DNA from: Piedraia hortae CBS 480.64
Taxonomy: Eukaryota
Direction: 5' to 3'
Length of the DNA stretch: 64,000 nt
Assembly: GCA_010093745.1 (NCBI GenBank)
Contig: MU006025.1
Location: forward strand, 1 to 64,000
Shown: piece by piece, positions 35,960 through 48,850 of the stretch
Position numbering within the stretch: position 1 is the stretch's first letter
Layout: each line of letters opens with the position of its first letter
Notes under the pieces: model-generated
What the model was told of the DNA's origin: nothing
The model's database searches: none
What the model saw: the letters and a program-made list of their open reading frames with translations, nothing else
Made by a program: the position numbers and the translations under genes

Positions 35960-38559
35960 TAGAGCACTATCCACCAATGGCAGGAATTACAATGCCACCT
36001 CGGATGCTTCATAGACATTGCTCGCCTCAACTCTCGCTGGAACACTGGGAAAGAGAGATGCATGGCCCTGGATAAAGCAGCTAAGGTGATGAGCCTATGG
36101 GCCGATCGATCCAACATCCGGTCAGACGAAGGCAAGGGCGTTCCGACCAGCATATCATCCGCAGCCAGTCGGTCCAAGGGCAAATCTGGAGCAACGATCC
36201 TACGATAGCGCCAGCCTATGTGTGCTCACTCCATGAGGGAAGCAATTAGCCCATGGGAACGTCCTATCCAGCCAATTGGAAACCCCTCTCACCTCTACAG
36301 CGAGGCATGACGAGGAAGGGCATCACAGATGGGGATGTTAGGGGACGAAGGCGAAAGCGGCTCTGATCTTCGTAGCCTGAGTCTGCCCGTATTTTTCCCC
36401 TTACCGAGAACCATTTTAGCGGCAGGGAGGGGCTCAATGCTTAGTACAAGAACAGCGGCGGCGGCTTTTCTTCCCCAGAAGGGCGGCTGAAGAGATTGAG
36501 CATGCCATTCACCTAGGCTGCAGCCTTTTTTACGCATTGGCAAATCTTTTAATCCCTGCGAAAGCCGATCGTCTGATGAGCCACGCAAGGGAACGGCCGG
36601 AATCGTTTCCGTCCCTCACGTCCACAGCTGAGCCGCCAAAAAGGATTCACGGACCAGTGTACGATCCACCCCCAATGTGGAAATTCGTTTCCTTCCACAC
36701 AACCTATGGCGAGAAATCGCTGCAAAAGAATTAATTTCATCTGTCCTCTGCCAGATCTTGGGCAGCAAGTGGCTCGCAAGGTCACTCACAAGGATATCCG
36801 CTGGTTCGCCTGGAAGGTGTATACTGGCTTCGCCATCATTGCATTCAAATATGCAACGGGTGCTGGAGGGGACAAGGGCCGCACAGAGCACCATGGAGAA
36901 GATCGCCATGACCCGTTATGACCGACGCCACAGCTACTCGGAAGGTCACAATTATCCCACTGAACCAACAGGATCTAGGGTCGCTAGTCCAGTCGATGTA
37001 ATCGTTCCCATTCTGGCCTCATTTTACCAAGGATGAAGGTCGAACTCATTGTGCGACTCGCGGGTGCACAGTTGGCCTATCCACCTAGGCGTTAAATACT
37101 ACATGCATACATGCAAGTGGTCTACTCACCTAATAGGAGGAGAAAGGTCGTTGACCTAAGAGATACTTCTTCTGTCCAGCCTCCTGATGGACCATTCGTT
37201 CCCTCACCAGGAAAAATTGAGCCGCAAGCGTCGGCTGAAGTTGCAAGCAAAGGCTGCAACCTTACCGGACACTTTGTGAGTTTTAATTCGCCGACAAGAC
37301 CCGCAGTGGTTGCGAAAACGAATAACTCCAAGCTCTGCCGTGGTCATAATTCAATCATAGCGCTAGCAGCTCTTCAACGGATCAATAGCACTCCACACTG
37401 CGAGATCCAGGGAATACAACATCACTCCCATTACTCACCTCGAAGAAATGCCACCCGGATCCCACGCGGATCTATGAGCGCTACCCACGAAGGGCAGGGG
37501 ATGCAATGCTACTCCGGGTGCTTGACAGACATTGCTCGCTCCAAACCTCGCTGGAACGCCATAAGAAAGAAGAACATGTTCTGGGTCAAGGAGACGCTTC
37601 AGAACCATGGGCCGAGGGATTAGACATTTGGACAGCTGAAATGCATTGGCAGGGGCGTCCCGACCATCGAACCCACCCAGGTTCCTGGAATGTGCAGAGT
37701 TGTTTGGTGGAGGACACTAGTTCAATCACTGGAAGCGTGAACCGACGAATGGGCTCGCCTGTGTGCTCGCGGTATGGACAGATTGGTAGGCGAGTAGAAA
37801 TGACACGTTTCAGCATCGCCAGTCTAGTCGACGCACTCATTCCTGATCACGCTTCAGTCCAGAAAGAGAAGGAACGTGGATGTACGAAGTCAGTGGAGGG
37901 GAAAACTTGGGACTCATGTTTTACAGGTGATTTGTCTTCTGAGGATGACGCGGGACGGGGACCATGGATGAGGATGCTAGCGGAGGCAGAAATAGAAGAA
38001 GGTCGTAGAGAGGAATGCTACTGCAATCAGCGATCAAATGATATCACCAATAGTCAACACATGCATCCTTAGCCTCAGATAACCCCCTTAAGCAGTCTAT
38101 CCTATCTTCACATGACGAAGGCTCCGCTACGCCCTCAAGCTAGTCACACACAACGTAATAACTTCCTCTCCCCGAGCCCAAAACCCCACAAGCACTGTGA
38201 ATGCACCCCATGCGAACAAATAGGCGCAAAGCGCTTGATGAGTTCTCAATCAATGCCCTTCGGACTCTATCAAGATGATAACCGGCCTCTGTCTCCGCAA
38301 ACCGCAGAAAAACAACACAAAAATCTGCTCCACCAGCATCACAGCTCAACATCTATCCTGGCACAAATCGCTACGTCCTCACGAAAGATGACACAGCGTT
38401 CGCCTCATTCAGAAAAGGATTAAATCCGAGAATTTTCCATGAAACGAGGAACAGATCAGTCAGGACGAGGCCGTTCAAACGCAAGAGGTAATAAGTCCGT
38501 CGACAATGTTGCGCCGTAGCACAGATCATCTATTATTATTAATAGTCTTTGTTAGAAAG

Positions 38560-41142
38560 CTCTTCTTCTGTTAGATCTTCGTTCGGGGTTGAAGAAATGG
38601 CTCTCCTCGAGAACGACATATCTGACCCTGACAACACTATCAGATTGAGGGAGCCATATGTCATAGACATTCCTGGCCGTTACCCCCACAAAGTATACAG
38701 CAAAAAGTCTTGGCTTGAAGTTTGTCCAGCTTGGCTGAATTGTTTCGCAGAACATATGCCTTGCATCCTGAAATCCATGGCACCCAGATGTCGGGCTTAT
38801 GTACTCTTGTAGAGCATCTCATAGGGAGTTCGCCATTCCAAGGCCTTCCTTGGTGATCGGTTCAGAATCCAACAGGCTTAGTTCCGCAAACTTGGGTTAC
38901 ATAACATCTAGGATGTTTGGATATGGGCCACCATTGCACGAACTTTAAGAACAATCAACCCCCCCTCCCCCCCCCTCCCCACCAAGCTCGCTCCGTCATT
39001 CCATTTGGCTCTGGACTATAGGATGGGGTTGCTGAAAAATTGATTCCGAGGTCGGGCGATGTCATCTTTGATTGCTTTATCGATCCACGTCTCACCGTCG
39101 GTGAGAATTTCCTTTAGGCATGTACCATGTTGGTTTTCACACCAGGCAGCCCATCGTGGGATCACCCTTTGGGTATATGCCTTGCTGCAACAACAGTATA
39201 CCATGTTGAAATGTGCGCACATGTCGATAAAGTGTACAGCGTATCGATTGCCATTGAATCCTCGAGGCATGATCGTGATATCCCAGTGCACAGTCGCAGA
39301 TGGCTCAGGCTGCATTCTGGAGATTCCTGGTGAATATCGGAATGGGAGGTGACACGAAAAGACGATATTGTTGTTACTATTTTGCTCCCAAGACCCTAGG
39401 GGAGGTGAGTTTACCAGTCGCACTAACCCTATTGGGACTGGCTCCCGACTAACATGAAGAAAATGATGCTAAGTGTTAGGATCTCAATTCCACTTCCAGT
39501 CACGTGGCCTCGACACGGCCCGTGAAAAACTACAACACCGAGACAGTCGCCTTTTTGGTCTTCACGCGTTGTTCTAGTCTTTTAGGCAATATAGAGTAGC
39601 GCACGCCGCTTAGCTCCGTCCCTTGTGCCCTCCGGCCTCTCGGGCCTGACACCCTCATAGAGACATATAGTCATTCACACTGTCATATTGACACTGGTAT
39701 TGACTCCTACCCATCTGCATCTGTCCTGTTCCTGTTGTCGATTTCCGTCTACTGCTACGTCCTCCTAGTTCGGGCCGCTGTGCACTCCTATCCACGAGCG
39801 CCCTATCGCTACAACATCAACAATCCCTTGCGTCAATTACTGCATCATCTTTAGCGGGCTACAGGGCTCGCATCACATCCAATAGGGTGCTGTTTGAACG
39901 TGAGAAACTGTTATAGGGTTGAAGTCGGTAGGCGGAACAGCCCATGCCGCTGATGCGTCACGTTGGCGGGAAAAAGTTATCGTAGCTAGACATCATTATA
40001 GGATGATATCCCAGTCTCGTTTCCGCCGAGTTGATCTGAGAGTCACCTTTATACTAGAAACTCCATTGCAGAAAGTCTGTGATTTCATTAGAGCTTTGTC
40101 ACAGATGCTGCAGAATGGGTTCAGACAGCCTCTATATTAACTAGAACGTAACGACTTGGAGGTGATCACGAAATTGGTAGCTATGTAGTGCGTGATGCGG
40201 CCCGTACCGCGTAGACCCGCCCACGTCCCGTTCCGTAGGCATTGAACTTGTTTTTGACTTGAGCAGCGATCAATGGGTCCAGGTTCGTCTTCCCAGTCGG
40301 TTGAATAACTCCTTGAGATAGTCGCATGCTGACCAATGATGACTTATCCTACATAGACATTTGCGTACTTTCGTTTCCTTTCATTTATTGTTCACAGCCT
40401 CCTTTCTTTTGAAGGTAGCGAAGGTATTTTGAACACGCGGGATTCCGTGATTGCGTGCAAGTCATGATCCTTGATGGAAGATCGAATTGCCCCAATAAGC
40501 TGATCCAATGACGGCTTTTCTCCACCGATGTCCGAGCAGTAGCTGGGCATCCAATAGTTAGCTTCATTGGGCATTTCAGAGCTAATGGCATGGAGGAAAA
40601 TATGCTGGGGCTCGTCATCAAGGCCTTCAGGAAGTTTGATCAATTTGGCCTTCTTGATTCAGTGGGTATACTTCGCGACCCAGTTGTTAAATCCTTGCCT
40701 CTTGAATCCCTTACCAAGTGTCTTGAGACGGCTTTTGACTTCGAGTTTTACGCAGGCCGTGCCTGGAGCGAGCATGGTTTTAAGCGCTTTCAGAGCTTCA
40801 TACAGATTCGTCTGCTGGTCAAGGACGTACTGATAATTGTTGCCAACCGATTTGACCACCTGAAGTCGAACATTATTGACGGCTTTGTACAGATCCTTCC
40901 GATCACGCTCTTTGGGTTCATATATTTTTATAGCGGACGGTGAACCGATTCGCTTCCTCCTTTGGCGCTTCATCACCAGGGTCGTTCGGTTCCTCAGCTT
41001 CTTTCAACGTTTTTGGGCGAGAGTCATCAGGATCGGTGTACTCCCAAACGTTGGAATGGATGGCAAGGTTCTTAATTGTTAAGAACCATTTCTCCCAATT
41101 TTCAGGTCCTTTTAGGACTGCGACATTAACGGTTGAACCCAT
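38560..41142 (-). mobile_element. Degenerate Ty1/Copia LTR retrotransposon internal region (gag to integrase; RT not seen)
   Basis: Gag-like LKGPENWEKW..VWEYTDPD; integrase VHWDI..GFNGNRYAVHFID..ILTDGE; then ILNRSPRKALEWRTPYEML..GCKAYV..FVG..YDIWLP..VVRVRYVVLEE. Many stops and frameshifts. Confidence 0.85.
39655..39813. mobile_element. Partial family A LTR inside the Copia remnant
   Basis: ATAGTCATTCACACTGTC..CTAGTTCGGGCCGCTG..TATCGCTACA matches 43311-43459; the left part is not homologous and no TSD is seen. Confidence 0.8.
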
Positions 41143-41529
41143 TTGAAGACCGGTTAACGATTTCTTTAATCATGAGTATGGTTAGTTATTCATTCCATGA
41201 CTTAGTCAAACGATACAAAGCCTTTAGAGAAAGACTTCAGTGCATAACCCTTATCTCTGACGCCTAGTACAAAGCCCTTCATGCATCATAACAGCTTTTG
41301 GTCGCAATTAGTGCCCTCAGTACTGAAATTAATGTGCCTTTGGTGCCATGTTTTTTGACATAGTGGTGTAGGTATTGGTGCTGCCTTTGGAACATTGTCT
41401 TTGCTATTCTGACCTTGAACGAGAGTCGATGGAAGAGTAATCGGACAGCGTGATAATACTGCCGGGATCATAACTGTCTGAGATAGGAGGTCTTTCATCC
41501 CCCTCTGACAGTCTTACGCCGCAGGGGCA

Positions 41530-42134
41530 TCGAGGCCCAAAAACGCGGACGTCCTCCATCAACGCGTAGAACATCTCCATTGCGTTTGTAAGCCCAAAAG
41601 GCAACTCATATAACCCGAATGGTGCTGAGGCTGTCTTAGCCACGCTCACTGGCTCCGAACCCATCTAGTAGGTCTGGGAAAGATATCCGCAACTGATGTG
41701 TTCGGAGATATTGGGCAGTGGATGAGCGTTGTTTGCACCGTTAAGGCTGGGAAGTTGTATAAACGGGATCCGCCCGCACGCTGGATTTGTTCGGGAGGAT
41801 ATGGGCATTCACGGAACCTCCATGTTGTTTTATCCTTCCCTGGCATGTCCGCTTTGCGTGAGAGTGCAGACATTCTCCACGCCGAAGAGGAAGGGTGAAT
41901 AATGCCGTCCCGAAAGGCTGCCTCCGTGAACCCACAGAAGGCTTTCTCCTGCGCTGGGGCGAGCTTAAGTCGGGTGGACTTGTGTCGACAACATGGCGCA
42001 CTCCCGGCTGACATGAACGGCCGGACGATAACCCCTACCCCTTTCTCCTGCAAGGTAGAATAACGACGTAGGGCGATCTTCATGGGAAGATGGTCTTGTG
42101 TGTCGATAACATGGTGCACTTTCCCTTCAAGCAC
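41530..42134 (-). mobile_element. Degenerate Ty3/Gypsy reverse transcriptase fragment
   Basis: VHHVIDT..RRYS..GIIHPSSSAW..KTTWRF and AKTA..PFGLYELPFGLTNA..FYALM, typical Gypsy RT motifs, frameshifted. Confidence 0.8.
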
Positions 42135-42963
42135 ACACCCCTCAAGTCACGAACCCAGAGAGAAACTCACCGCTGCTGTCCTGACCTCAACCCGACGTTG
42201 GGCCTTTTATACCCTCGGTTGGGGCAAAGAACACTCTATACAAAGACTCCCAAGCATCCTCGGATGGGAACCAGTTGCGGTTAGGACACCTCGATTGCCC
42301 ACCTCGTTGAAACGATCCTTGAACGCAACCTCCTGCAGACTTTACTAGGGACACTGTCCGCGCAAAACGAATTCTCGTCGTCTTTTACAGGCAGCGCGTG
42401 TATTAGGGCGTTACGGAAGGCATTTAGTCCAAGTTCGAGAGCTGTACGCAATGTGTCTTTGGAATAGTTAGTTCGGGCCGCGAGCCTGTTGAAACACCGC
42501 AGGAAGATCGAGATTACTCTGATGACAGATACTGGCAGGTTTTTCTACATCCGCATCACCGAGAGCCGGATTGAAGTTGTTGGGATCGTAATCTTCCTCA
42601 CCTGGTTCGATTATAGCCCTGTATCTGTAAAGTGTCCAATCTCTGGCAAGGAGGATGCCTCTTCGGCGGAGGTATTGGAGGCTGGCGCTGGGAATTGTGA
42701 AGGAAGTCGCACTTATCTCATTAATCTCAGCAGCCAGTGAAGATGACATTCAGACCGAGCCCCAGGGCCGTGGACAGTGTATCTTCCACGTAATTAATAT
42801 GCGCCGCGATTCGCTGGAACACCCCCACGAGGTCGACATTGCTCGGTGAGGCACTCCCTTGGGCATCTGCACTACCACTCGCCCACAACCGCGCAACTGA
42901 CGCGATCCTAAATCAGACCCAAGAAAGTTATCGAGGGTCCATTCCCTTGGTGGGAGTACCTCA

Positions 42964-43459
42964 TGTTGGATTCAAGCATCGCCGCTAGCGCGTATGTGGG
43001 GCACTTGCATAGCATGTCAGCAATACCTCCTACACTACCAGCTGCACCCTAGGTTTTTCCCTCACGGAGGTTTTCCCTCAGGGTCATGTGATATGTAACA
43101 TGGCGAATATGCCCTGCTAGTGTACGACATGACGTCACCGGACCACTGGTACAGAATATTGTTGTAAATATGCGGTGTATTACGCGCATTATTAGTAATC
43201 GGTGCTCGGCTCTCGACTGGACACGTCAACTAGTTTCCGTACAGACTTGTATGCATACTGATACACATCTATTCACAATTATAACAAATGTTTATTCTAA
43301 CGTCCCCTCGATACATAGTCATTCACACTGTCTCATCGACACTGGTATTAACTCCTACCCACCTGCGTCTTTTCCTATCCCTGTCGTTGATCCCCATCTA
43401 TCGCTACATCCTAGTTCGGGCCGCTGCGCACTCCAATTAACGAGAGTACTATCGTTACA
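42964..43459. mobile_element. Solo LTR, family A, with a nested 127-bp element
   Basis: TG..CA ends, perfect TSD CCTCA; inverted homologue of 29912-30263. Confidence 0.9.
43160..43286. mobile_element. Short solo LTR (family D, 127 bp) nested in a family A LTR
   Basis: Termini TGTTGTAAA..ATTATAACA; flanks AATAT/AATGT; the 30-kb copy has an empty site with a single AATAT. Confidence 0.8.
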
Positions 43460-43762
43460 CCTCACCTCCACGCTGAAGTTTCACATGCAGCTACTTTGGC
43501 TTCACAAAGTGACACGCGGGCAGGACCAACTCTCGCTAATGAATCACACAGCCATTTATCACACGCGAATAGACAGAAGTACGGCGAGGAATCGCTAACT
43601 TGTCGGTTTGTCGTTCAACCGTTCAACGACGTCATCAACCAACCGCACCCGGGTTACAACCATGGTTATCGCAGCATAACGTCAACTCGGCACATGCCAC
43701 CGCTTAACCCTCAAGCAAAGCAAAGGTCGATATCATAAGATCTAAGCTCCACATCAAACCCA

Positions 43763-45110
43763 TCATTTTATATACCCCTTCTTCGCAAACACCAAATCCA
43801 ACGCATCCCTAACCTCAAACTCCTCGAGCACAGCCCCGAACCTGTATCGATCAGCATGAGCCACTCACAGGTAACCATAACAACTCACCCATAACACCTA
43901 ACCTTCGTCTCTAACTCCTTCTTCACAACCTCAATATCACTTGGCGTAAGCTCCGCCAGCCGCTCATTCTGCAGAATGAGCGTCCAAGCCATAACGGGAG
44001 TGATTTCCGAGTAATGCGCAAACGGCAGGCGATTACTCAGGTCCAGCAGCTTCGCGAGGGAATCCTTCCCCACATCCTGCGGCATTTGGTAAGGGTAATG
44101 TTCCGCGGGTTGAGACATGATGTGTGAATGGGGAGGCGCGGTAGCCATGAGCGCGTGACCGGACATGTGTTCGTGTTGGGAGTCGTCGGCGTTTTCCATG
44201 GGATGGTGGAACGGTTGGTTGTCTGCGTTGTGGGAACGGACCATTAGGTATTGCATGTGGTCCATACAGGGTCGTTCGAGACTAGGGAGAAAGGGTGAGT
44301 TAGTGGATCAGTGTTCTTGGTAAGGGTGAAGCGTACCGCTTCGGATGAAGGGGGGGATTTTTTTAGTGGTTGGGTGGTGGAGAGGGATAGGATCCTGCTC
44401 CGCCCCCGCCCGCTTGGGAGTCGTACGCAAGAACAAAATCTATCCCCAGCTGGTCGTAGTCCAGCCGGTTTGAGGGCAGCTGCGCTGCGGAGGCCATGCG
44501 GGGTTGGGTACCGCCGCCTCCACCGCCGCCGCCCATGCGGGGCGGGAGGCTGAAGTTGCTCGTTTCGGATTCCTGAGCGTAACTGCCCGAGATGCTGCCG
44601 CTGGAGCTGGGGCCGTAACCGCTACCGGCGTGGAACTTTGCGCTCGGACTGGACATGTCGAAGGGGATGCCGTGCGCGTGGAGGAGTTCTTTGAGTCGGC
44701 GGTTTTCGTCGAGTGCGACGTCGCGTTCGCGGCTGGTGTTGGTATACAGCTCTTTGAGTCGGATTACTTCTTGCTCCAGCGCTTTGATGTACATTTCTTT
44801 GCGTTCGCGATGCGTCCTGCGACTTAGTCAAGATTCAAGTGCTTGGGCGAATACACACCTCTGAGCCTGGCGGTTTAGCTCCTGTCGTCGGGTCAGGGCG
44901 GGCTTGCTGTCCGGCTTTGGACCTCTTCGTTTAGGAGGCTGTCCATCTTTTGTTTGCTTCTTTTCGGAGCCAAATCCTTTTAAGAGGCCGCTGAATGACC
45001 GATCACTGGTCGAAGCCGGCGGGGGGACTGGTTGTCAGTGGAAACAGCTAGAAAGAGTGTAGGATTAACAAACCATATGGTTCCCCCGGCATGGCCATGG
45101 GTTGCGCCAT
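43763..45110 (-). CDS. Yap/AP-1-like bZIP transcription factor (RsmA/Fcr3-like), multi-exon; start approximate
   Basis: KRRGPKPDSKPALTRRQELNRQAQR|THRERKEMYIKALEQEV; IDFVLA|LERPCMDHMQ; C-terminal KVRCYG|FGAVLEEFEVRDAL. Confidence 0.9.
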
Positions 45111-45738
45111 GGTGGCTTGCCTCTATTCTTTAGTCAGAACGAGACGAGCTCGAACAAAAGACTGCGACCTACAGGCACAGCATTAGCGATGAACATCCTG
45201 TTCGCCATGCAGACAAGAAACGAGGTATCAACAACACACAAACGGTCGGGGATTCACAAACATTAAAAGAGGTCGCCGGAGATTATTTGCAATTGTCAAA
45301 CGTTGACGGATGGTTGCAAGAAAAAAAAGGCGAGAGAGAGAGAGTCAACTGGCTTACCGAGGTTGCACGTCTGTTGTTGTAAGTTGATTTGGAATGTAGC
45401 TGGCGTAACCCGTGTCCAACCAGGCCGTTGAAAGGAGAGAAATTCTACAGAAAAGAAGCTGACAAGAGGAAAAAAGATCAATTAGGAATGCAATGGAAGC
45501 GATTACCAAATTATGGAGGATTTCGTATACGAGGTCTACCAGCCCTCTAGATGGGAAAAACGCCACAAAACAGAAACGGGGGAGACCGGGGTTTCCGCAT
45601 CGCCGGACTTTTGGACCCCGACGATCAAACGGCGCCACCCGATCATGTATTGGTTCATTGTGGCCCGCTAATCGTGCATTCGCCCCCATGAGATCACCAC
45701 GCCTACTGGCCTGTATTGTGCTGCAATATTTACCTGAA

Positions 45739-47942
45739 TTAATTGTGCGTTGCCGTTGCCCATTGGCACATACAGCCGCCCGATCCACCATCGATTCCGC
45801 CATAACGCCTTGGTTCCTCATTTCCTCTGCCGGGCAACTCCCCCTGTGCCACTGCGGCGGCATTGACAAGCGAGCCCCCGAAGGACCGATTTTCGGTCAT
45901 TGATTCTGCCTTTCCATTGTTTGTAGAACATCTCAATTCCTTGTGCTTTGCCCGTCCGCCATGTCGGTCTAGAGTGACCGTTATCGGGTAGGGAAACGAA
46001 CCCGGAGAACCCATGTCATCCGCCCCAGAGTCGGCTTTCGGCTGTGTACTTCCCCGAGTCCATATCTGAAGGTGAAGTCGCGTTTCGGTCCACGTGCAGC
46101 TGACGTTGGCTGCTGATATCTTTCGGTCAAAGTAATTGTAGAAGCCAAAGTGTTCGCCGTCCTGTCCTCGGTTGAACAAGCGGAGTTTTTGGTTCTTGAC
46201 AGGAGGATACACTGACTTGGCCGTGTCACTCAGGAATGACAAGGTGAATGGAGTCTCCTCGCCGACATATGGCTCGGTTACATTGTCAGTGTACTGTCCC
46301 AGAAATTGCTGTTCAGCTTGCGAGACATGGCCATCGCGCTTGACCGGCAGTGTCTCGTTCTTTGGCACCGAGCCGTTGTGGAAGCGAATCTCCAGTCGGA
46401 AATTCAGCTGCTCGTTGACTGCCGGAAAGCAGCTCCATAAGGATTGTGGATTGACGCAGCCACTGACCGCCTTGACTAAAGGCGGCTGAATCACAGTGGC
46501 GATGCCTGTGAATAGCGGCGGAAAGCCCGACGTGTTAGTCCATGCTGCCGGAATTGATGTCTTCTGTCCTCTGCCATTAGACAAGCACACCGCCAAGATT
46601 ATGATGAGTAATAGCACGGGTATAGTGACGACAGCAATGATGAGCCAGGCAAAGCGACGATGCCACGGTCTTTGCGGCTTTGTACTCTGACTCTCAATCG
46701 AAGTCAGCCGACCGAAACGGCGGATTGTCGGCCCTCTTCGCTGGTCTACTTGAGATGTCGGCGGTGTGAACAGTCTCTTCTCGTCCGAGTCTGTGATTCC
46801 CAGCCCGACCGATCCCGCTGAATGGTTGGACCAGAACATGGTCGCTGAGTCCATGCGCTGTCCCCGATCGTGACTGGATAGGTCAATCTTCTTTTGCTCG
46901 CCAATAGTTGACTGTGGACCGGAAACGGCGGCTACGTGTGCCTCTTCGACAGGTGGTGTTGCCGTGAAGGGAGAAAAGTAGGAGTTGAGAGCTGCTGCAG
47001 TGTCGTGCCTTATCATGGCAGGACGAGGTGTTTTGGAAGGCTTGAGTTCATCTTCTGTTGGGCTAGAGAAGACGTATGCTGGGGAAGTGAATGGATTGAT
47101 TTTGGTGTCAGTCTCATCGAGGCTTCGCGACTTTTCATCGATCGGCACTGCTGTGCAGAGTTCCTCCTCGTGGGCCGTTGTTGCTTCAGAGAATGGGGCG
47201 GTCTTTGCAGTAAACGGGGAAGTGAGGACACTCCACCAGCCTCTACTTTGAGCTGACTGCGTAGTTTTGACAGTTGATGTCCTTGCAGGTCTGTTAAATT
47301 AGCGAATGTTGGATACAAGACTATCTATACATACCTTGGGGCACCCTCTTCGAAATCAGTCGTAGTTGATGGCACTCGCGATGCTCCCTGCAGCCCTGCT
47401 GTTGGCTGCGAGTAAACGCTGGAAGAAGGACGAAGAAGATTCTCCTGAGATCTTGCCCTGTTGAACTCGTCTTCCGCTGGCGTGATGAGAAAGGTTGGTG
47501 TACTCCCTTCTGCTCGCAAAGAGTGTCTGACCGTCTGCAAATGCGTTACAGTCACAGGCCTTGCATTCAGCGTCTGAACTGGAGGCATGGAGAATGGGGT
47601 TGGAATGGCTTGATCTGAAGGATAGACATTCGTAGCTAAATTCAGCGGCGGAGGTCGCAGCCTTTGGACGCGTTTGTGAAGGAGAGGCGGCTGAGATGTC
47701 ATTGTAACAGCCAGAGGCTTACCGACCTGCGGCTGGGTTGCATTTTCTGACAGTGATCTGCCAAAAATGGGCTTGCTGATTTTCAGGTGCTGCTTGGACG
47801 GAGTCTTTTGGGATGAAATGGCACGACGAAACAAATTTCGTGTCTTTGAGACTGGAGGAAAGACCTGTTTCGGGGGCTGGCCGTTGTGACGGGAGCAGTT
47901 GGTATCGATTCTGAGGTTTTGGGGCCGGTTGGAAGGAATCAT
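45739..47942 (-). CDS. Single-pass membrane protein with a Cys-containing C-terminal domain (fungal family often auto-annotated 'glycoprotease family'); intron 47291-47334
   Basis: The GTATGT..CAG intron fuses the 47325-48128 and 45739-47148 frames; TM helix AWLIIAVVTIPVLLLIIILAVCL; motifs GFPPLFTG..SGCV.P..LWSC and PYPITVTLDRHGG..GGCMCQW. Confidence 0.82.
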
Positions 47943-48850
47943 TTTACAGAGAATGCACCAGACACGAAGGAGATGTGAAAGAGATGTCGGAGAGTTTTTT
48001 GTCGGGGAATATAACAATCTACTGAGACATTTTGGAACCGCTGCATTGTGTCGTCTGCCGCCAGACGACATTTTGGGCGGTAGCCGCCCGCTTAACCGCC
48101 ATGCAGCACAGCTGAAACGTCGACGCAACGTCTGGCCGGGTAGATCGGCTCGTTGGTTCCTAAACTCGGAATCCCAGATGTGCTCTAGCCCGGCTTATCT
48201 GCTTGGCTGGCTGATCGACTGCTGTTTCCTGGTTGTCGTTGTCGTCCATCACAGTCCTAACCCTATCCTCAACTCCATCTTCAGCCGATGCAGCCACAAG
48301 AGGCAGGGTCTCCTCCTGAGGGACAAGCAGTTGGCTGGCAATAGAATCGCGACAATGTAAGTAGTTATTTCCATACCGTTTGACATGTTCTAGCACTGTT
48401 GTTGCTGGCGGTCGATTCTCACGAATTCGGCAGTCAGCATCACAGATCATTTCTGGTATGTCAACCTTTCGGCAAGATCGTACTGATAATATCTGCAATA
48501 CCATGATGTCGAGGAAGAGCACAGCTACAACGACCCCCTGGGCTAGAACCTCCAAACTTACCTTCTCAGCTACAAATATAGAACCTTTACCTAGCTGAAT
48601 CTACTTCCATAAACAACAGCTCCCAAACCAGATGGCAGTCTGTCCCACAACTCTCAAGAATAGAAGCCCAATGCTCCAGGCACAGGCACAACAGTGCTCC
48701 AGAGAAGGAGACAGCACCAAGATGGATAAATAACCCCCCTCCCAATCCACACTTCCTCTCCACCCATCGGGCAACAAGAAGTTTCTCAGGTTTCCAGCAG
48801 TTTCAGTCACTCGCTCAGTAAAAAAAGCAGCTAAACAATCAGATTCCAAA

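Larger units (their letters stand above)
33400..38070 (+). pseudogene. Cluster of about three decayed paralogous gene fragments of unknown family (about 33.4-34.6, 35.95-36.3 and 36.6-38.05 kb)
   Basis: Shared blocks: TTGCTCGC..CTCGCTGGAAC (36018/37532), C(C)ATGGGCC (about 34311/36096/37606), GTGTGCTC (about 34415/36220/37761) and the tail AATAGA.GA.GG..CGTAGA..GGA.TGCTA (about 34555/37991). Confidence 0.55.

Noticed and set aside
42964..43459. Family A LTR as the 5' LTR of the adjacent Gypsy RT remnant
   Set aside because: It is flanked by its own perfect TSD (CCTCA), so it is an independent solo LTR
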